Positions 19,718-29,204 of a DNA stretch of 64,000 nucleotides are shown in pieces. The notes under the pieces were generated by a model. It saw only the letters and a list, made by a program, of their open reading frames with translations, ran no database searches and was not told the DNA's origin. Location: positions 2,136-66,135 of the forward strand of contig JAHBAU020000005.1 of assembly GCA_018499905.2 (NCBI GenBank), written 5' to 3'. The stretch's first letter is position 1. Each line of letters begins with the position of its first letter. Source of the stretch: Candidatus Saccharimonadota bacterium (lineage in GTDB: Bacteria; Patescibacteriota; Saccharimonadia; Saccharimonadales; AQU-01). The position numbers and the translations under genes were made by a program.

Positions 19718-20452
19718 TTAGAAAAGAAGTAGTTTAATGCTCGCTGCAGTGATGACGCCAATCAAGACTATTTTTACCCAAGCAGTCCCCTTTTTTAAGG
19801 CTATTTTTGCGCCAATAGAGCCACCGATAGCCGCCCCGATTAACAACGGGATACCAATCGAAAAATCGACCGCTCCTTGGTTAATATAGGTGACGAGTGC
19901 GACGAGTGTTCCGGCGAGCCACATTACTGTTCCGGTGGCCGTCGCCTGCGTGACGTTTGTGCCAAAAAAGTACATGAGCGCGTATATCAAAAAAATGCCG
20001 CCGCCGGCACCAATCATGGTGCCATAAATCATAATGACAAATAACACGAATAGCCCGTGCAATTTTTTGCTGCGACTTTTTTGTCGGCTGACCAGCCCGA
20101 GCTTTTTGTCGTGGAGGAGTGTCGGAACGAGCAACAGTAAGATCAAACCGATCAACGGCTCCAAGGCCTGCTCATCGATCTTAAACAAAAGCTTCGGGCC
20201 AATCAGACCAGCCGCCAATGAAACAATAATCAGGTAAGGTGTATAACGCCAGATTATTTTATGCTTTTTGTAGTAACGATATGAAGATGTTAGGCCGCTG
20301 CTCAAAGCACTGAGCCTGGTCGTGGCAATCGCTGTGACTGGTGAGGAGCCCAGCAATATCAAGCCGGGCACCGAAATCAATCCGCCGCCGGTTGAAATAG
20401 CACTGACCATACCAGATGCCAGCCCCAGTAAAAATACAGCCACTATTTCCAT
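19718..20452 (-). CDS. TauE/SafE (TSUP) family membrane protein
   Basis: GGGLISVPGL, YGTMIGAGGG, GAAIGGSIGA. Confidence 0.85.
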   Translation of the reverse strand: MEIVAVFLLGLASGMVSAISTGGGLISVPGLILLGSSPVTAIATTRLSALSSGLTSSYRYYKKHKIIWRYTPYLIIVSLAAGLIGPKLLFKIDEQALEPLIGLILLLLVPTLLHDKKLGLVSRQKSRSKKLHGLFVLFVIMIYGTMIGAGGGIFLIYALMYFFGTNVTQATATGTVMWLAGTLVALVTYINQGAVDFSIGIPLLIGAAIGGSIGAKIALKKGTAWVKIVLIGVITAASIKLLLF

Positions 20453-20577
20453 GAAGCTTATGATAGCAGTTTACGGGGCAATAAACTGGACTTCGTTGGA
20501 ATAATCGACGCACGTGCCATCATCGTATTTGCAGACTCGGTCAAAGTTAAGTGTTAGCTAATGTTACTTCTGTAGTA

Positions 20578-21357
20578 TCAGCGGCCTTCAGCCTGTTCTG
20601 GCGTTAGTGTTGTTTGGTTCATGCAGCCTGCAGGCTTCTGCGCGTCTGCGTTGTAGAGTTCGAGTCCGGTTTCTGTTTCCCAATCGCTCATCATTTTTGC
20701 TAGCTCATTTAGCAAAGTGCTATCACCGGATTCAATGAGCGTGGCGGGGCATATATGAGTTGTTTTGCCATTTTCATCTTTGTTGACCTGGATTTCAAAG
20801 CGTATCAGGCCATTATTCTGCGTGGCCGGTTCGCCGAGCACATCGCCGGCCTTGACCGTGGCACCTTGGGCAACGGTGACATTGACCAAATGATCATAAC
20901 CAATCGTCCACTTGGAATTTTCTTTGGGCTGCAGAAAAACTTCGTAGTCTTTTGATTCCGGCTGCTCTTTGACAAACCCTATGACACCGTCAATGGCGGC
21001 TACCACCTTTGCGCCAGCTTTCAATGAGGCAAACTCAAAATTAGGATTAAGACGGCCGCCGCTTAAGGATTCGCCAAAAGCATAAAAGCCTTTCAGCCCT
21101 TTTGACTCATATTCACGGAGGGCTTGAGTGGTGATATCAACACTGGCTAGTGACGCAAGGCCAAAATTCTGGAGTACAACGTCAGCTTCCGGTGCCGTTG
21201 ATTGTTCAGATTTTCCGGTAGTTTGCTGAGTGGTTGGCTGTTTGTCTTCGGCCGACATCACCCGCCAGCCGACAATACCGATGACAGCTAGTACCACCAC
21301 ACCCAGTAGCAGCGCAAGGTGCAAGGAGCCTGTTTCTTGATGGTGCCCACGTTTCAT
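20578..21357 (-). CDS. exported M23/LytM-like domain protein (degenerate active site)
   Basis: VVAAIDGVI...YDHLVNVTVAQGATVKAGDVLG; HxH replaced by RFEI. Confidence 0.65.
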   Translation of the reverse strand: MKRGHHQETGSLHLALLLGVVVLAVIGIVGWRVMSAEDKQPTTQQTTGKSEQSTAPEADVVLQNFGLASLASVDITTQALREYESKGLKGFYAFGESLSGGRLNPNFEFASLKAGAKVVAAIDGVIGFVKEQPESKDYEVFLQPKENSKWTIGYDHLVNVTVAQGATVKAGDVLGEPATQNNGLIRFEIQVNKDENGKTTHICPATLIESGDSTLLNELAKMMSDWETETGLELYNADAQKPAGCMNQTTLTPEQAEGR

Positions 21358-21400
21358 ACGTGTAACTATAAGCACTTACCGCCCACTGCTCAATAGTAAC

Positions 21401-21417
21401 TTTCAGTATATTCTCAG
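21401..21417 (+). promoter_or_regulatory. OmpR-type tandem box (TTTCAG-N5-TCTCAG) at -35 position of the response-regulator promoter
   Basis: 11-bp periodic repeat followed by TACAAT. Confidence 0.55.
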
Positions 21418-21442
21418 AAATTTTCGTACAATAGGGGTAGTT

Positions 21443-22123
21443 ATGAGAATCCTGGTTGTCGAAGACGAGCACAAGATTGCCAATGCGATTAAGCGTGGCC
21501 TGGAGCAGCATGCCTATGCTGTCGATGCGGTGTATGACGGCGATGAAGGTTTGGCGATGGCTACGACCGAACCATATGACCTGATTATTCTCGATCGAAT
21601 GCTGCCAGGCAAAGTTGACGGCCTGGGGATTCTAAAGGAGCTGCGGACAGCGAAGATCCATACACCAGTACTACTCTTAACGGCCAAAGACCGCGTCCTA
21701 GACCGGACAGAAGGTCTAAACGCCGGAGCAGATGATTATCTGGGCAAGCCATTTGCCTTTATTGAACTATTAGCCAGGGTCCGGGCTTTGCTTCGCCGAA
21801 CGAATACGAAGACTGCCGTAACAGTTCTTGCCTATGAAGACCTTGAGCTCGATCCGCAAGCGATGACAGCCGCACGGGCAGGTAAGGATATCCGTTTAAC
21901 AGCCAAAGAGTTTGCATTGTTAGAGTATTTCATGCGACATGCCGAGCAAGTGCTCACCAAAGAAACCTTAATGCAGCACGTTTGGAATTACGATGCCGAT
22001 ATTTTACCCAACACTATTGAGGTATACGTGGGGTATTTACGCAACAAAGTTGATAAACCATTTACCGGACCCAATCTCATCCACAATCGTCGTGGTTTTG
22101 GGTATTATTTAGGAAAAGAATGA
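21443..22123 (+). CDS. OmpR/PhoB-family response regulator
   Basis: RILVVEDE, DLIILDRMLP, GADDYLGKPF, LTAKEFALL, RRGFGY. Confidence 0.95.
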   Translation: MRILVVEDEHKIANAIKRGLEQHAYAVDAVYDGDEGLAMATTEPYDLIILDRMLPGKVDGLGILKELRTAKIHTPVLLLTAKDRVLDRTEGLNAGADDYLGKPFAFIELLARVRALLRRTNTKTAVTVLAYEDLELDPQAMTAARAGKDIRLTAKEFALLEYFMRHAEQVLTKETLMQHVWNYDADILPNTIEVYVGYLRNKVDKPFTGPNLIHNRRGFGYYLGKE

Positions 22124-23148
22124 ACATAGTATTCCATAAAGAATCACTTAAACTGGCTGGTTTGTATCTGGCGATTGTCATGTCAATCAGCTTGTTCTTT
22201 AGCGGCATTGTCTACCAGCTGTCAGCACAAGAATTTAAGCGTGGCTTACTGCGGCCAGTGCAAGGCTATGAGCTGCAGCTTAATGATGGCATTATTGGAA
22301 ACTGGCGCGAGCAATTAATGGCCGAGCGGCAAGTGCAATATGATGCGGCTACCCATCGGATCATTCAAAGATTACTAATACTTAACTTGTTAATCTTTAT
22401 TGGCGGCGGTTTGCTTTGTTATTATTTGGCGGAGCGTACGCTGCGTCCCATTGAAGAAGCGCAGGAAACGCTTGAACGATTCACTGCTGACGCTAGTCAT
22501 GAATTGCGAACACCGCTAACGGTCATGAAAAGTGAGAATGAAGTGACGCTGATGGATCCAAAATTGACCATTGGTAAAGCCAAGGAACAGATCAAAAGCA
22601 ACATTGAAGAATTGGAAAAGCTGAGTGCATTGTCCGAAGGCTTACTCAAAATCGCTCGTTCAGGTTCGGATAACTTGGATATAAAAGCTGTTGATCCGGC
22701 GCAAGTTATGGCGATGGCACAAGATAGGGTATTGCCCTTGGCCGAGCAAAAGAAAGTTCTCATTAAAACTTCTGTGACAGGTTCACCAATGATCGCCGGC
22801 GACGAGGCCAGTCTGATTGAAGCACTGGTCATATTGCTCGATAACGCTATTAAATACAGCCCGCCTAGTAGCGAGATAACCGTCAGTGCTTTGCGACGCT
22901 CAAAAGAGGTAGTTGTAAGAGTGAGTGATGCAGGCATTGGCATACAAGCTGAAGATTTGCCGCATATTTTTGACCGCTTCTACCGCGCAGACGCCGCACG
23001 GAGCAAGCAAGACGCCGGTGGCTATGGCCTAGGCCTGGCTATCGCCAAAATGATCGTTGAAAAACACCATGGTTCGATTACTGTTGTTAGTAAACCAGGT
23101 AAAGGTGCTGTTTTTAGTATTACCCTTCCGGGCATTAATCAGAAATAG
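22120..23148 (+). CDS. sensor histidine kinase
   Basis: ADASHELRTPL, LLDNAIKY, IFDRFYR, GYGLGLAI. Confidence 0.95.
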   Translation: MNIVFHKESLKLAGLYLAIVMSISLFFSGIVYQLSAQEFKRGLLRPVQGYELQLNDGIIGNWREQLMAERQVQYDAATHRIIQRLLILNLLIFIGGGLLCYYLAERTLRPIEEAQETLERFTADASHELRTPLTVMKSENEVTLMDPKLTIGKAKEQIKSNIEELEKLSALSEGLLKIARSGSDNLDIKAVDPAQVMAMAQDRVLPLAEQKKVLIKTSVTGSPMIAGDEASLIEALVILLDNAIKYSPPSSEITVSALRRSKEVVVRVSDAGIGIQAEDLPHIFDRFYRADAARSKQDAGGYGLGLAIAKMIVEKHHGSITVVSKPGKGAVFSITLPGINQK

Positions 23149-23218
23149 CTGCACCGACACGCATGTCGGCTTTTCTCGGACTCTTCAGCTACGCACGCCA
23201 TACAGATTAGGGCAGTTA

Positions 23219-24136
23219 CTAGCTAATAGTAGCTAACAATGCTCGGGCTGTTTCCCAATTGGATCTATCTTTGGAATCGTGGCCGGCAGCAGTCCATAAT
23301 AGGGTAGCGTTTGGTGCTTGCTGGGACAATCGATAGGCGTTGATGGGTGGACAGACCATGTCGTAGCGACCCTGGACGATATAGATTGGCATTGTCAGCT
23401 TATTGGCATTATCCAGAATATGATTGTCGGGCATGAAACAGCCATTTGCTAGGTAGTGACTTTCAATGATGTTTGGAAGTGGATCAAACTTTAGACTATC
23501 CACATCTGTTACTCGATCGTCAAGCCGCAGAACTGACAGCTCCAACTGGCTGTGAGCCATGGCCGATTCTTGGGCCGCAGTTACATCGTCACCAAACATG
23601 CGCTTGAAATGGTATTCACTTGGATTGTCTTGGTAGGATCTTGGTACAGTCGCAACGTATTGATCCCAGACCTCAGGGAAAAAGATTGCAAAGCGACCCT
23701 TTTCCATATGGTCAATTTCGGACTGGCTGCCGGTAAACACTCCGCCAATAATCATCTGTGTTACCCGCGTAGGATGTTTCAGAGCAAATGCGAGTGCGAG
23801 GCACGCTCCCCAGGAGCGACCAAATAAAACAAAAGTCTTGACGCCATATTCGTCAGCAATTGTCGCTAGGTCATTGATCAAATCATTGGTCGTGTTGTTC
23901 TTGATAGAACCATATGGTGTACTTTTGCCACAGCCGCGTTGATCAAAAAAGATGACGCGGTGTTTCTGCGGATCGAAAATAGTCTTGCTGCTATCGCTGC
24001 AACCAGACCCAGGTCCACCATGTAGGAATATGAATGTCTGCTTGGCATTGGGATTGCCCCATGCTTGAGTGTATAGTTCGTGTCCATCACCGACGGCAAC
24101 GGTTCGTTCTTCAATGGTATATTGGTCAGGTTTCAT
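23219..24136 (-). CDS. pip: proline iminopeptidase (S33)
   Basis: HGGPGSG, FDQRGCGKS, GRSWG, QGRYDMVCP, AGH. Confidence 0.88.
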   Translation of the reverse strand: MKPDQYTIEERTVAVGDGHELYTQAWGNPNAKQTFIFLHGGPGSGCSDSSKTIFDPQKHRVIFFDQRGCGKSTPYGSIKNNTTNDLINDLATIADEYGVKTFVLFGRSWGACLALAFALKHPTRVTQMIIGGVFTGSQSEIDHMEKGRFAIFFPEVWDQYVATVPRSYQDNPSEYHFKRMFGDDVTAAQESAMAHSQLELSVLRLDDRVTDVDSLKFDPLPNIIESHYLANGCFMPDNHILDNANKLTMPIYIVQGRYDMVCPPINAYRLSQQAPNATLLWTAAGHDSKDRSNWETARALLATIS

Positions 24137-24843
24137 AGTGCTAGCTCCTTTTCGGCTTGTGTTATGTATTGTACGCAGGCATTAGCCAATATGGCTAGCG
24201 TATCAATCGCATGACTATCAAATGACACCAAGGCGTCTTGAATCAGCGGCAGCTCGGTGCAGCCAAGAATTGCCACGCAGTCACTATTTGAATCTAGAAA
24301 CGCGTGTACTTGTTTAGCAACAAGTCTTGCCCGGGTTAGCTCGCCCCGCTTAACCAGGCGAATTATCTCCATAACTTGCCGCTGCAAGTGTGGTTTTGGC
24401 AATAGACAATCAATGTCGTTATCGGCGCAGAGTTGCTGGTAGACATTGGCGCGCACAGTACCGATTGTTGCCAGCAGCACAACCTTTTTAATATTGTTTT
24501 GAACAAGATCACTGATGACAAGTTCTGGTAAGTTGAGGATGTTAGTCGTCGGTTCAGGGGCAAGTCGGCCCATTATTGCGGGCGCGCAGGCCGTATTGCA
24601 CGGCACGCAAATAACTTGCGCGCCAGCTTGTTCGAGTGTTTGCAGGTTTGCTTGCATACGCGGTAACGGATCTGGTCCGATGCCAAGTAAGAAATCGCTC
24701 CGATCGGGAATGCCGCCATCGTTCAAGCTAATGATTACCGGCAACTCCTGGTCGCTGCCCGGCAGTCTATCCAAGAGCAGCTGCTCGAACTGCACGGTGG
24801 CCCTAGGGCCCATACCACCTAAGATTCCAATTGTCGGTCTCAT
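24133..24843 (-). CDS. aspartate/glutamate racemase
   Basis: IGILGGMGPRAT, PDRS, PCNT and GCTELP catalytic cysteines. Confidence 0.9.
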   Translation of the reverse strand: MRPTIGILGGMGPRATVQFEQLLLDRLPGSDQELPVIISLNDGGIPDRSDFLLGIGPDPLPRMQANLQTLEQAGAQVICVPCNTACAPAIMGRLAPEPTTNILNLPELVISDLVQNNIKKVVLLATIGTVRANVYQQLCADNDIDCLLPKPHLQRQVMEIIRLVKRGELTRARLVAKQVHAFLDSNSDCVAILGCTELPLIQDALVSFDSHAIDTLAILANACVQYITQAEKELAL

Positions 24844-26030
24844 GGCGAATTACTCCGCGCACGACTAATCTGCCTATCCAAAATATTCAGTTGCGTCATA
24901 GTAAGTTGAAGATTGACATCAGGCACATATAACCCGCCTTCAGCTAGAACATCGTACTGAGTAACGTAGCCAGTACTGCCCTGTGCAGGCATTAGTTCTG
25001 GCAAATTATCCCTGGCGATTGCCAACTGCGCCTCGACAGCTGCTTCAGTCGCCTTAAATCCAGCAAGTGTTTGGGTCCGAGCTTCGGGATCTTGACTTGC
25101 GGGGCTAGAAAAAAATTCACGTCGTCGATCATGCGTTTCTGCAAGCATGGCCGTCTGTTCTTCTGCAGCCGCAAGTAACTGGTCGAGCACTGGCTGTTGT
25201 GCAGTCGTAGTTGCGAATTTTGCATGTGCACTTGGAACGAGCTGCACATCTAACTGCGGGGGCAGCCGACTCCCAAACGATGTTTCTGAGCGTATAGATG
25301 CGTAGAGAGCGTCAAGAGTATCAGTTAAGGTGCCGATGTAGCGCACCATGTCTGGGCCCGACAAATGGAAAATTGTCTCACGCTCAGTATCCAACGCCTC
25401 TATCACAAAGTTAATCGCGATATCTACAGCATTAGGCACTAAGGCTGCGGCTTCCGGCGAGCGTGGATCATCGAGCAGCTGCAGCACCCGGCCGCTCTGG
25501 GCCAACGCTCTGGCTTCGCTCGCACGATTTTGGGCTATACCGTCCGAATTGACGACGCGACGAAACAACTCAGGCTGCCGTTCGAGGGCTAGCTGAATGA
25601 TTTCTGCAGATATGGTCTCGTGTGTACGCAGGTATTCTGTATTACTAAACATTTTGGCGCCAGGGATCGCTGCTTCTACGGCGGCAATGTGAAGCTCATC
25701 GACGAACTGCACGGGTCTAGTGGCATCGTGTGTGACCGTTGTTTGTTGTGCTGCGGCACGGCTCACAATAACACCTAGTCCTGAAACTTGTTCGCTCTGG
25801 GATCTGTTCAGTACCAGTTCTGGAAAGTAGCTGGTGTCAACACCAGTGATAGTGTGATCAACTGCAAGTATAGGTATGCCGGCAGCAGCCAAAGTTAGAT
25901 TGTAGGGACGTAGGTTGCCGACGTGTGCCGAACGTACGACACTGTAGCCTTCGGCCATGCGTGCAGAGAGGTCCGCGATGCTGACATCGGGATTAATATT
26001 TATTACAATTCTGGGTTCGATTTCTGACAT
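24840..26030 (-). CDS. hypothetical protein; putative HUP-fold (class I aaRS/MshC-like) amino-acid ligase
   Basis: AHVGNLRP (HIGH-like), FHLSGPDMVRY; AAGGA RBS; ATGA overlap with the racemase. Confidence 0.5.
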   Translation of the reverse strand: MSEIEPRIVININPDVSIADLSARMAEGYSVVRSAHVGNLRPYNLTLAAAGIPILAVDHTITGVDTSYFPELVLNRSQSEQVSGLGVIVSRAAAQQTTVTHDATRPVQFVDELHIAAVEAAIPGAKMFSNTEYLRTHETISAEIIQLALERQPELFRRVVNSDGIAQNRASEARALAQSGRVLQLLDDPRSPEAAALVPNAVDIAINFVIEALDTERETIFHLSGPDMVRYIGTLTDTLDALYASIRSETSFGSRLPPQLDVQLVPSAHAKFATTTAQQPVLDQLLAAAEEQTAMLAETHDRRREFFSSPASQDPEARTQTLAGFKATEAAVEAQLAIARDNLPELMPAQGSTGYVTQYDVLAEGGLYVPDVNLQLTMTQLNILDRQISRARSNSP

Positions 26031-26046
26031 GGGAATTTCCTTTCAC

Positions 26047-26075
26047 AAAAAAACCGCCTGGGTGTATCCAGGCGG
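26047..26075 (-). terminator. attenuator terminator in the operon leader
   Basis: CCGCCTGG-loop-CCAGGCGG then T7, 17 nt upstream of the start codon. Confidence 0.85.
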
Positions 26076-26104
26076 CCAAATGCTCTTTTGTAGTTACTTA
26101 GTGG

Positions 26105-26194
26105 TTAGGTCGTCAATTCATGACAATATGAGCAATGGCCGCGCTGATAGCGGGTAAACTTGTTCCAATGCTTATACTGACTTGATTGAACCAT
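26105..26194 (-). CDS. leader peptide MVQSSQYKHWNKFTRYQRGHCSYCHELTT (29 aa)
   Basis: ATG 7 nt after TGTTAGAAT (-35 TTGCAT); contains a segment complementary to the terminator 5' arm. Confidence 0.6.
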   Translation of the reverse strand: MVQSSQYKHWNKFTRYQRGHCSYCHELTT

Positions 26195-26233
26195 AAACGA
26201 GATTCTAACACGAAATTTTGTGAATGCAAATTT

Positions 26234-27007
26234 TTATTTTAGTTGCACGGTTTGATTTTCGGCGACTTCCAGGGCAATTGTGTCACCCTGGTCTAGGCTT
26301 TCCCAGGCTTCAGGTGAAAGTCTCAATGTTGTTCGCAGCACCTCACGAGGATTAGTTTCGTCATCGTAAAATGGATTCCTGACAGTGACCGACACTATGT
26401 ACCAGGCTGTTTGCTCGATTCGCTGCAGCTCACTTATGCCACCAATGCACTGCGCATTAATCGCAGGTTGCCGTGGCTTATCTATCGTAATTTCTACTGG
26501 AGCAGGGCAACTCTGAATCGTCGTTGTAACCAGCTGCTGGTAATCGTAACGATCCTCGTAAACAGCTTCACAATGGCTATAATCGTCTGAGTTGCACCAG
26601 AAGTCATCCCGACATTCTAAATCATCACTTTCGTCATAATCCCAAGAAAGCCCCCCAAAGCCATATTCAATGTCATAGTCCCATTCGTCGTCTGCAGACT
26701 CGTCTTCGTACCAGCCATCATATGTATCTACTGACGGCTCTTCATATACATCTTCGGGCTGAACACTATTGTCAACTTCTTCACAGCCAGTAAAATCAGT
26801 GTAGTGTCGTTTGTTGCGAATTTGACCGCCCCAAGGCATCGAAGATTCGCCAGTGTGCTGCACCCAATCATCCTGCAAAATTTTGGAATCAATGCCATAA
26901 GCAAAGCCGACAACACGTCCTTCTTGCTCTTGGACTTCAGGACCGCAGGCTACAGTCGCCCCGGCAAGTAGCCCTGCTGCACCAACCAAACCAGCCAACC
27001 TTCTCAT
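26234..27007 (-). CDS. putative lipoprotein with Asp/Glu/Tyr/Trp-rich segment
   Basis: MRR-hydrophobic-VA|C lipobox; start 6 nt after TATTAT. Confidence 0.6.
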   Translation of the reverse strand: MRRLAGLVGAAGLLAGATVACGPEVQEQEGRVVGFAYGIDSKILQDDWVQHTGESSMPWGGQIRNKRHYTDFTGCEEVDNSVQPEDVYEEPSVDTYDGWYEDESADDEWDYDIEYGFGGLSWDYDESDDLECRDDFWCNSDDYSHCEAVYEDRYDYQQLVTTTIQSCPAPVEITIDKPRQPAINAQCIGGISELQRIEQTAWYIVSVTVRNPFYDDETNPREVLRTTLRLSPEAWESLDQGDTIALEVAENQTVQLK

Positions 27008-27042
27008 AGGTATATAATACAATAATCTACAAAATTAACAAG

Positions 27043-27387
27043 CTATACTTTGACGCGAACAAAGATCATTTCGTGTTCTTTGTCCGATGGATTATGAATT
27101 TTGTGCTTGGTGTTGGCCGGGAATACAATGACATCGCCAGGTTCATATGAATACGCACCATCGTCATCATGCACCTCGCCTTCGCCAGACAAAACCACCA
27201 TAATCTCTTCAATATTGGTATGGTCGTGCCAATCAAAGGTTCTGCCGGCAGGCAAAAAGCCGTGCGTCATCATCTCAAAATGCATGCTCTTCAGATGCTC
27301 TGGCGAGGCGTACACTTTGCGCGCTCCGCTGCCACCATGCGCTTCTTCCTTTTCAATACTATTAGCGGGCCGTTTGATGATTTTCAT
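27043..27387 (-). CDS. cupin-domain protein
   Basis: AHGGSG, WHDHTNIEEIMVVLSGEG, PANTKHKI. Confidence 0.88.
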   Translation of the reverse strand: MKIIKRPANSIEKEEAHGGSGARKVYASPEHLKSMHFEMMTHGFLPAGRTFDWHDHTNIEEIMVVLSGEGEVHDDDGAYSYEPGDVIVFPANTKHKIHNPSDKEHEMIFVRVKV

Positions 27388-27391
27388 AGCT

Positions 27392-27946
27392 CTAGAGATT
27401 TTCAATTACTTCAGGCAACTCCAAGCAGGAGCTTTCGCCATTGACTGCGCCTGACATGTGTCCGGCGGCGTGCTTGATGATGAGTTTGGCGCCCAATTCT
27501 TCTTCTAGGCGCGCACCATATTGTTCAGAAACAAAGGGATCATCGTCGGATTGTATGACTACAAATCCTTCTTTGGTTTTAGGCTTAATTTTTGCAAAAT
27601 CTAAACGAGTTTCAAAGTAGTTTTCCAGTTCTTTGAATCCCAATTGGTCGGTAAAAGCAGCGACCAAAATCGCTTTACGTATCTGTTTGCCCTCTGGCAG
27701 CGATTCGAGGTAGCGCATGATGGTTACTGTGCCTATACTGTGGCCAATCAACAGCAACTCGTCATCGGGCTCGCCAATAATTTCTGCTAAATGCGGCAAC
27801 CATGTTGCCAGCACCGGCGGATCTGGATCAGGCATGTTTGGCACTGTCACTTGATAGCCTAATTTCTCCAGCTCCGTTTTAACCCACGGGTACCAAGCAT
27901 AGTTCGAATTTCCGCCCCAACAATGTACAATAATCGCTCGTTTCAT
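27392..27946 (-). CDS. RBBP9/YdeN-family alpha/beta hydrolase
   Basis: WYPW, GHSIG, SDDDPFV, AGH. Confidence 0.88.
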   Translation of the reverse strand: MKRAIIVHCWGGNSNYAWYPWVKTELEKLGYQVTVPNMPDPDPPVLATWLPHLAEIIGEPDDELLLIGHSIGTVTIMRYLESLPEGKQIRKAILVAAFTDQLGFKELENYFETRLDFAKIKPKTKEGFVVIQSDDDPFVSEQYGARLEEELGAKLIIKHAAGHMSGAVNGESSCLELPEVIENL

Positions 27947-27948
27947 TA

Positions 27949-28689
27949 TTAACCCAATACTTTCAGGCTCATGCCGCCGTCAATGACGAGGATCTCGCCG
28001 CAAACCGCGTCATTTTTAGCCAAGAACACTGCACCGTCGGCAATTTCATCTGCTTCAATCCAGCGGTTGATGAGATGTGCTTCAGCTCTTTCTTTCATAT
28101 AATTCTCACTCATCTCACCCCATTGAGGTGTATGCGTTTGACCAGGAGAAATTGTGTTTACCAGTATGTCCGGCGCTAATTCTTTCGCAAGTGTTTTCAT
28201 GTACTGATCTAATGCGATCTTCATAGAAGAATATGCGACAGTAGTTGGCTTGGCATGACCAAGCGTTCCATGCACAGACGAAATGAAAATAATTTTGCCT
28301 TGCTTCATCATTTTACGGGAATGATTTGTAACTCGAATTTGCGCAAGAAAGTTTGTCGCAAATATTTTCTCAAACACAGATAGATTTTCTGGGTTGTCAT
28401 CTTCATCAAAGATGCCGGCGTTGTTTATGAGCACATCAATCGACGAGAATGATTTACTGATCTCAGCAAACATTCGTTCGACTTCATCGCTCTTTGTAAT
28501 GTCTGCTTGTAAAGCAATTGCCTTGACGCCCAGTTTCTCGGCTTCTGCCACCACTGTTTTAGCAGCAGCTTCGTCGCGAGCATAGTTAGCAATCACATTG
28601 GCGCCTTCTGTGGCAAAGGCAAGCACACAAGCTCGTCCTATGCCTTTTGATCCGCCAGTGACTAGTACGGTTTTGTTAGCAAGTTTCAT
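27949..28689 (-). CDS. short-chain dehydrogenase/reductase
   Basis: TGGSKGIG, NNAG, YSSMK, IDGG. Confidence 0.9.
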   Translation of the reverse strand: MKLANKTVLVTGGSKGIGRACVLAFATEGANVIANYARDEAAAKTVVAEAEKLGVKAIALQADITKSDEVERMFAEISKSFSSIDVLINNAGIFDEDDNPENLSVFEKIFATNFLAQIRVTNHSRKMMKQGKIIFISSVHGTLGHAKPTTVAYSSMKIALDQYMKTLAKELAPDILVNTISPGQTHTPQWGEMSENYMKERAEAHLINRWIEADEIADGAVFLAKNDAVCGEILVIDGGMSLKVLG

Positions 28690-29156
28690 TGCTGACCGCC
28701 GTTCCAGGCTAGTTCATGCTTTTGGCCGCTGTCACCGCCAAAACGTCCAAAGACGCACCAGTTTTTGACCGAGATTTTGTAGAATTTGTGGCCGTCTTCA
28801 TGCGTCGCTTCTTCGACTGCTTCTGCCGGCGCTTGTACACGCATATTCAAAACTTTGTAAGCAGCTGAATCAAGAGTCACGCCTTCAAGCATCTCCGCTG
28901 TCCCTTCAAAGTAGACGCCCACAACCGATTCATCAAGATTATGTTGCTTAACAACGTTACCGGCTACTTTTGGATTGTCTCGGATTTCCTGACTGTGGCG
29001 CCGGCTGGGCTTGGAGCGAAAATAAAGATTAAGATTGTCGTCAAAAGCAAAGTGCACTTCGCACACCCATGGCTGCCCATCGCGTGATGTCCCCAGCGAC
29101 ATGTGCACGGTTTTATCAATATATTCCCGAACCACCTGCTCAACATCAATAGCCAT
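28686..29156 (-). CDS. pyridoxamine 5'-phosphate oxidase-like FMN-binding protein (YhbP-like)
   Basis: MSLGT..GQPWVCEVHF, SRRHSQEIRDNPKVAG. Confidence 0.8.
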   Translation of the reverse strand: MAIDVEQVVREYIDKTVHMSLGTSRDGQPWVCEVHFAFDDNLNLYFRSKPSRRHSQEIRDNPKVAGNVVKQHNLDESVVGVYFEGTAEMLEGVTLDSAAYKVLNMRVQAPAEAVEEATHEDGHKFYKISVKNWCVFGRFGGDSGQKHELAWNGGQQ

Positions 29157-29204
29157 ACTTACTCCTTTGCTAACAGTATACAGACCAGAGTTTGCAAGAT
29201 AAAT

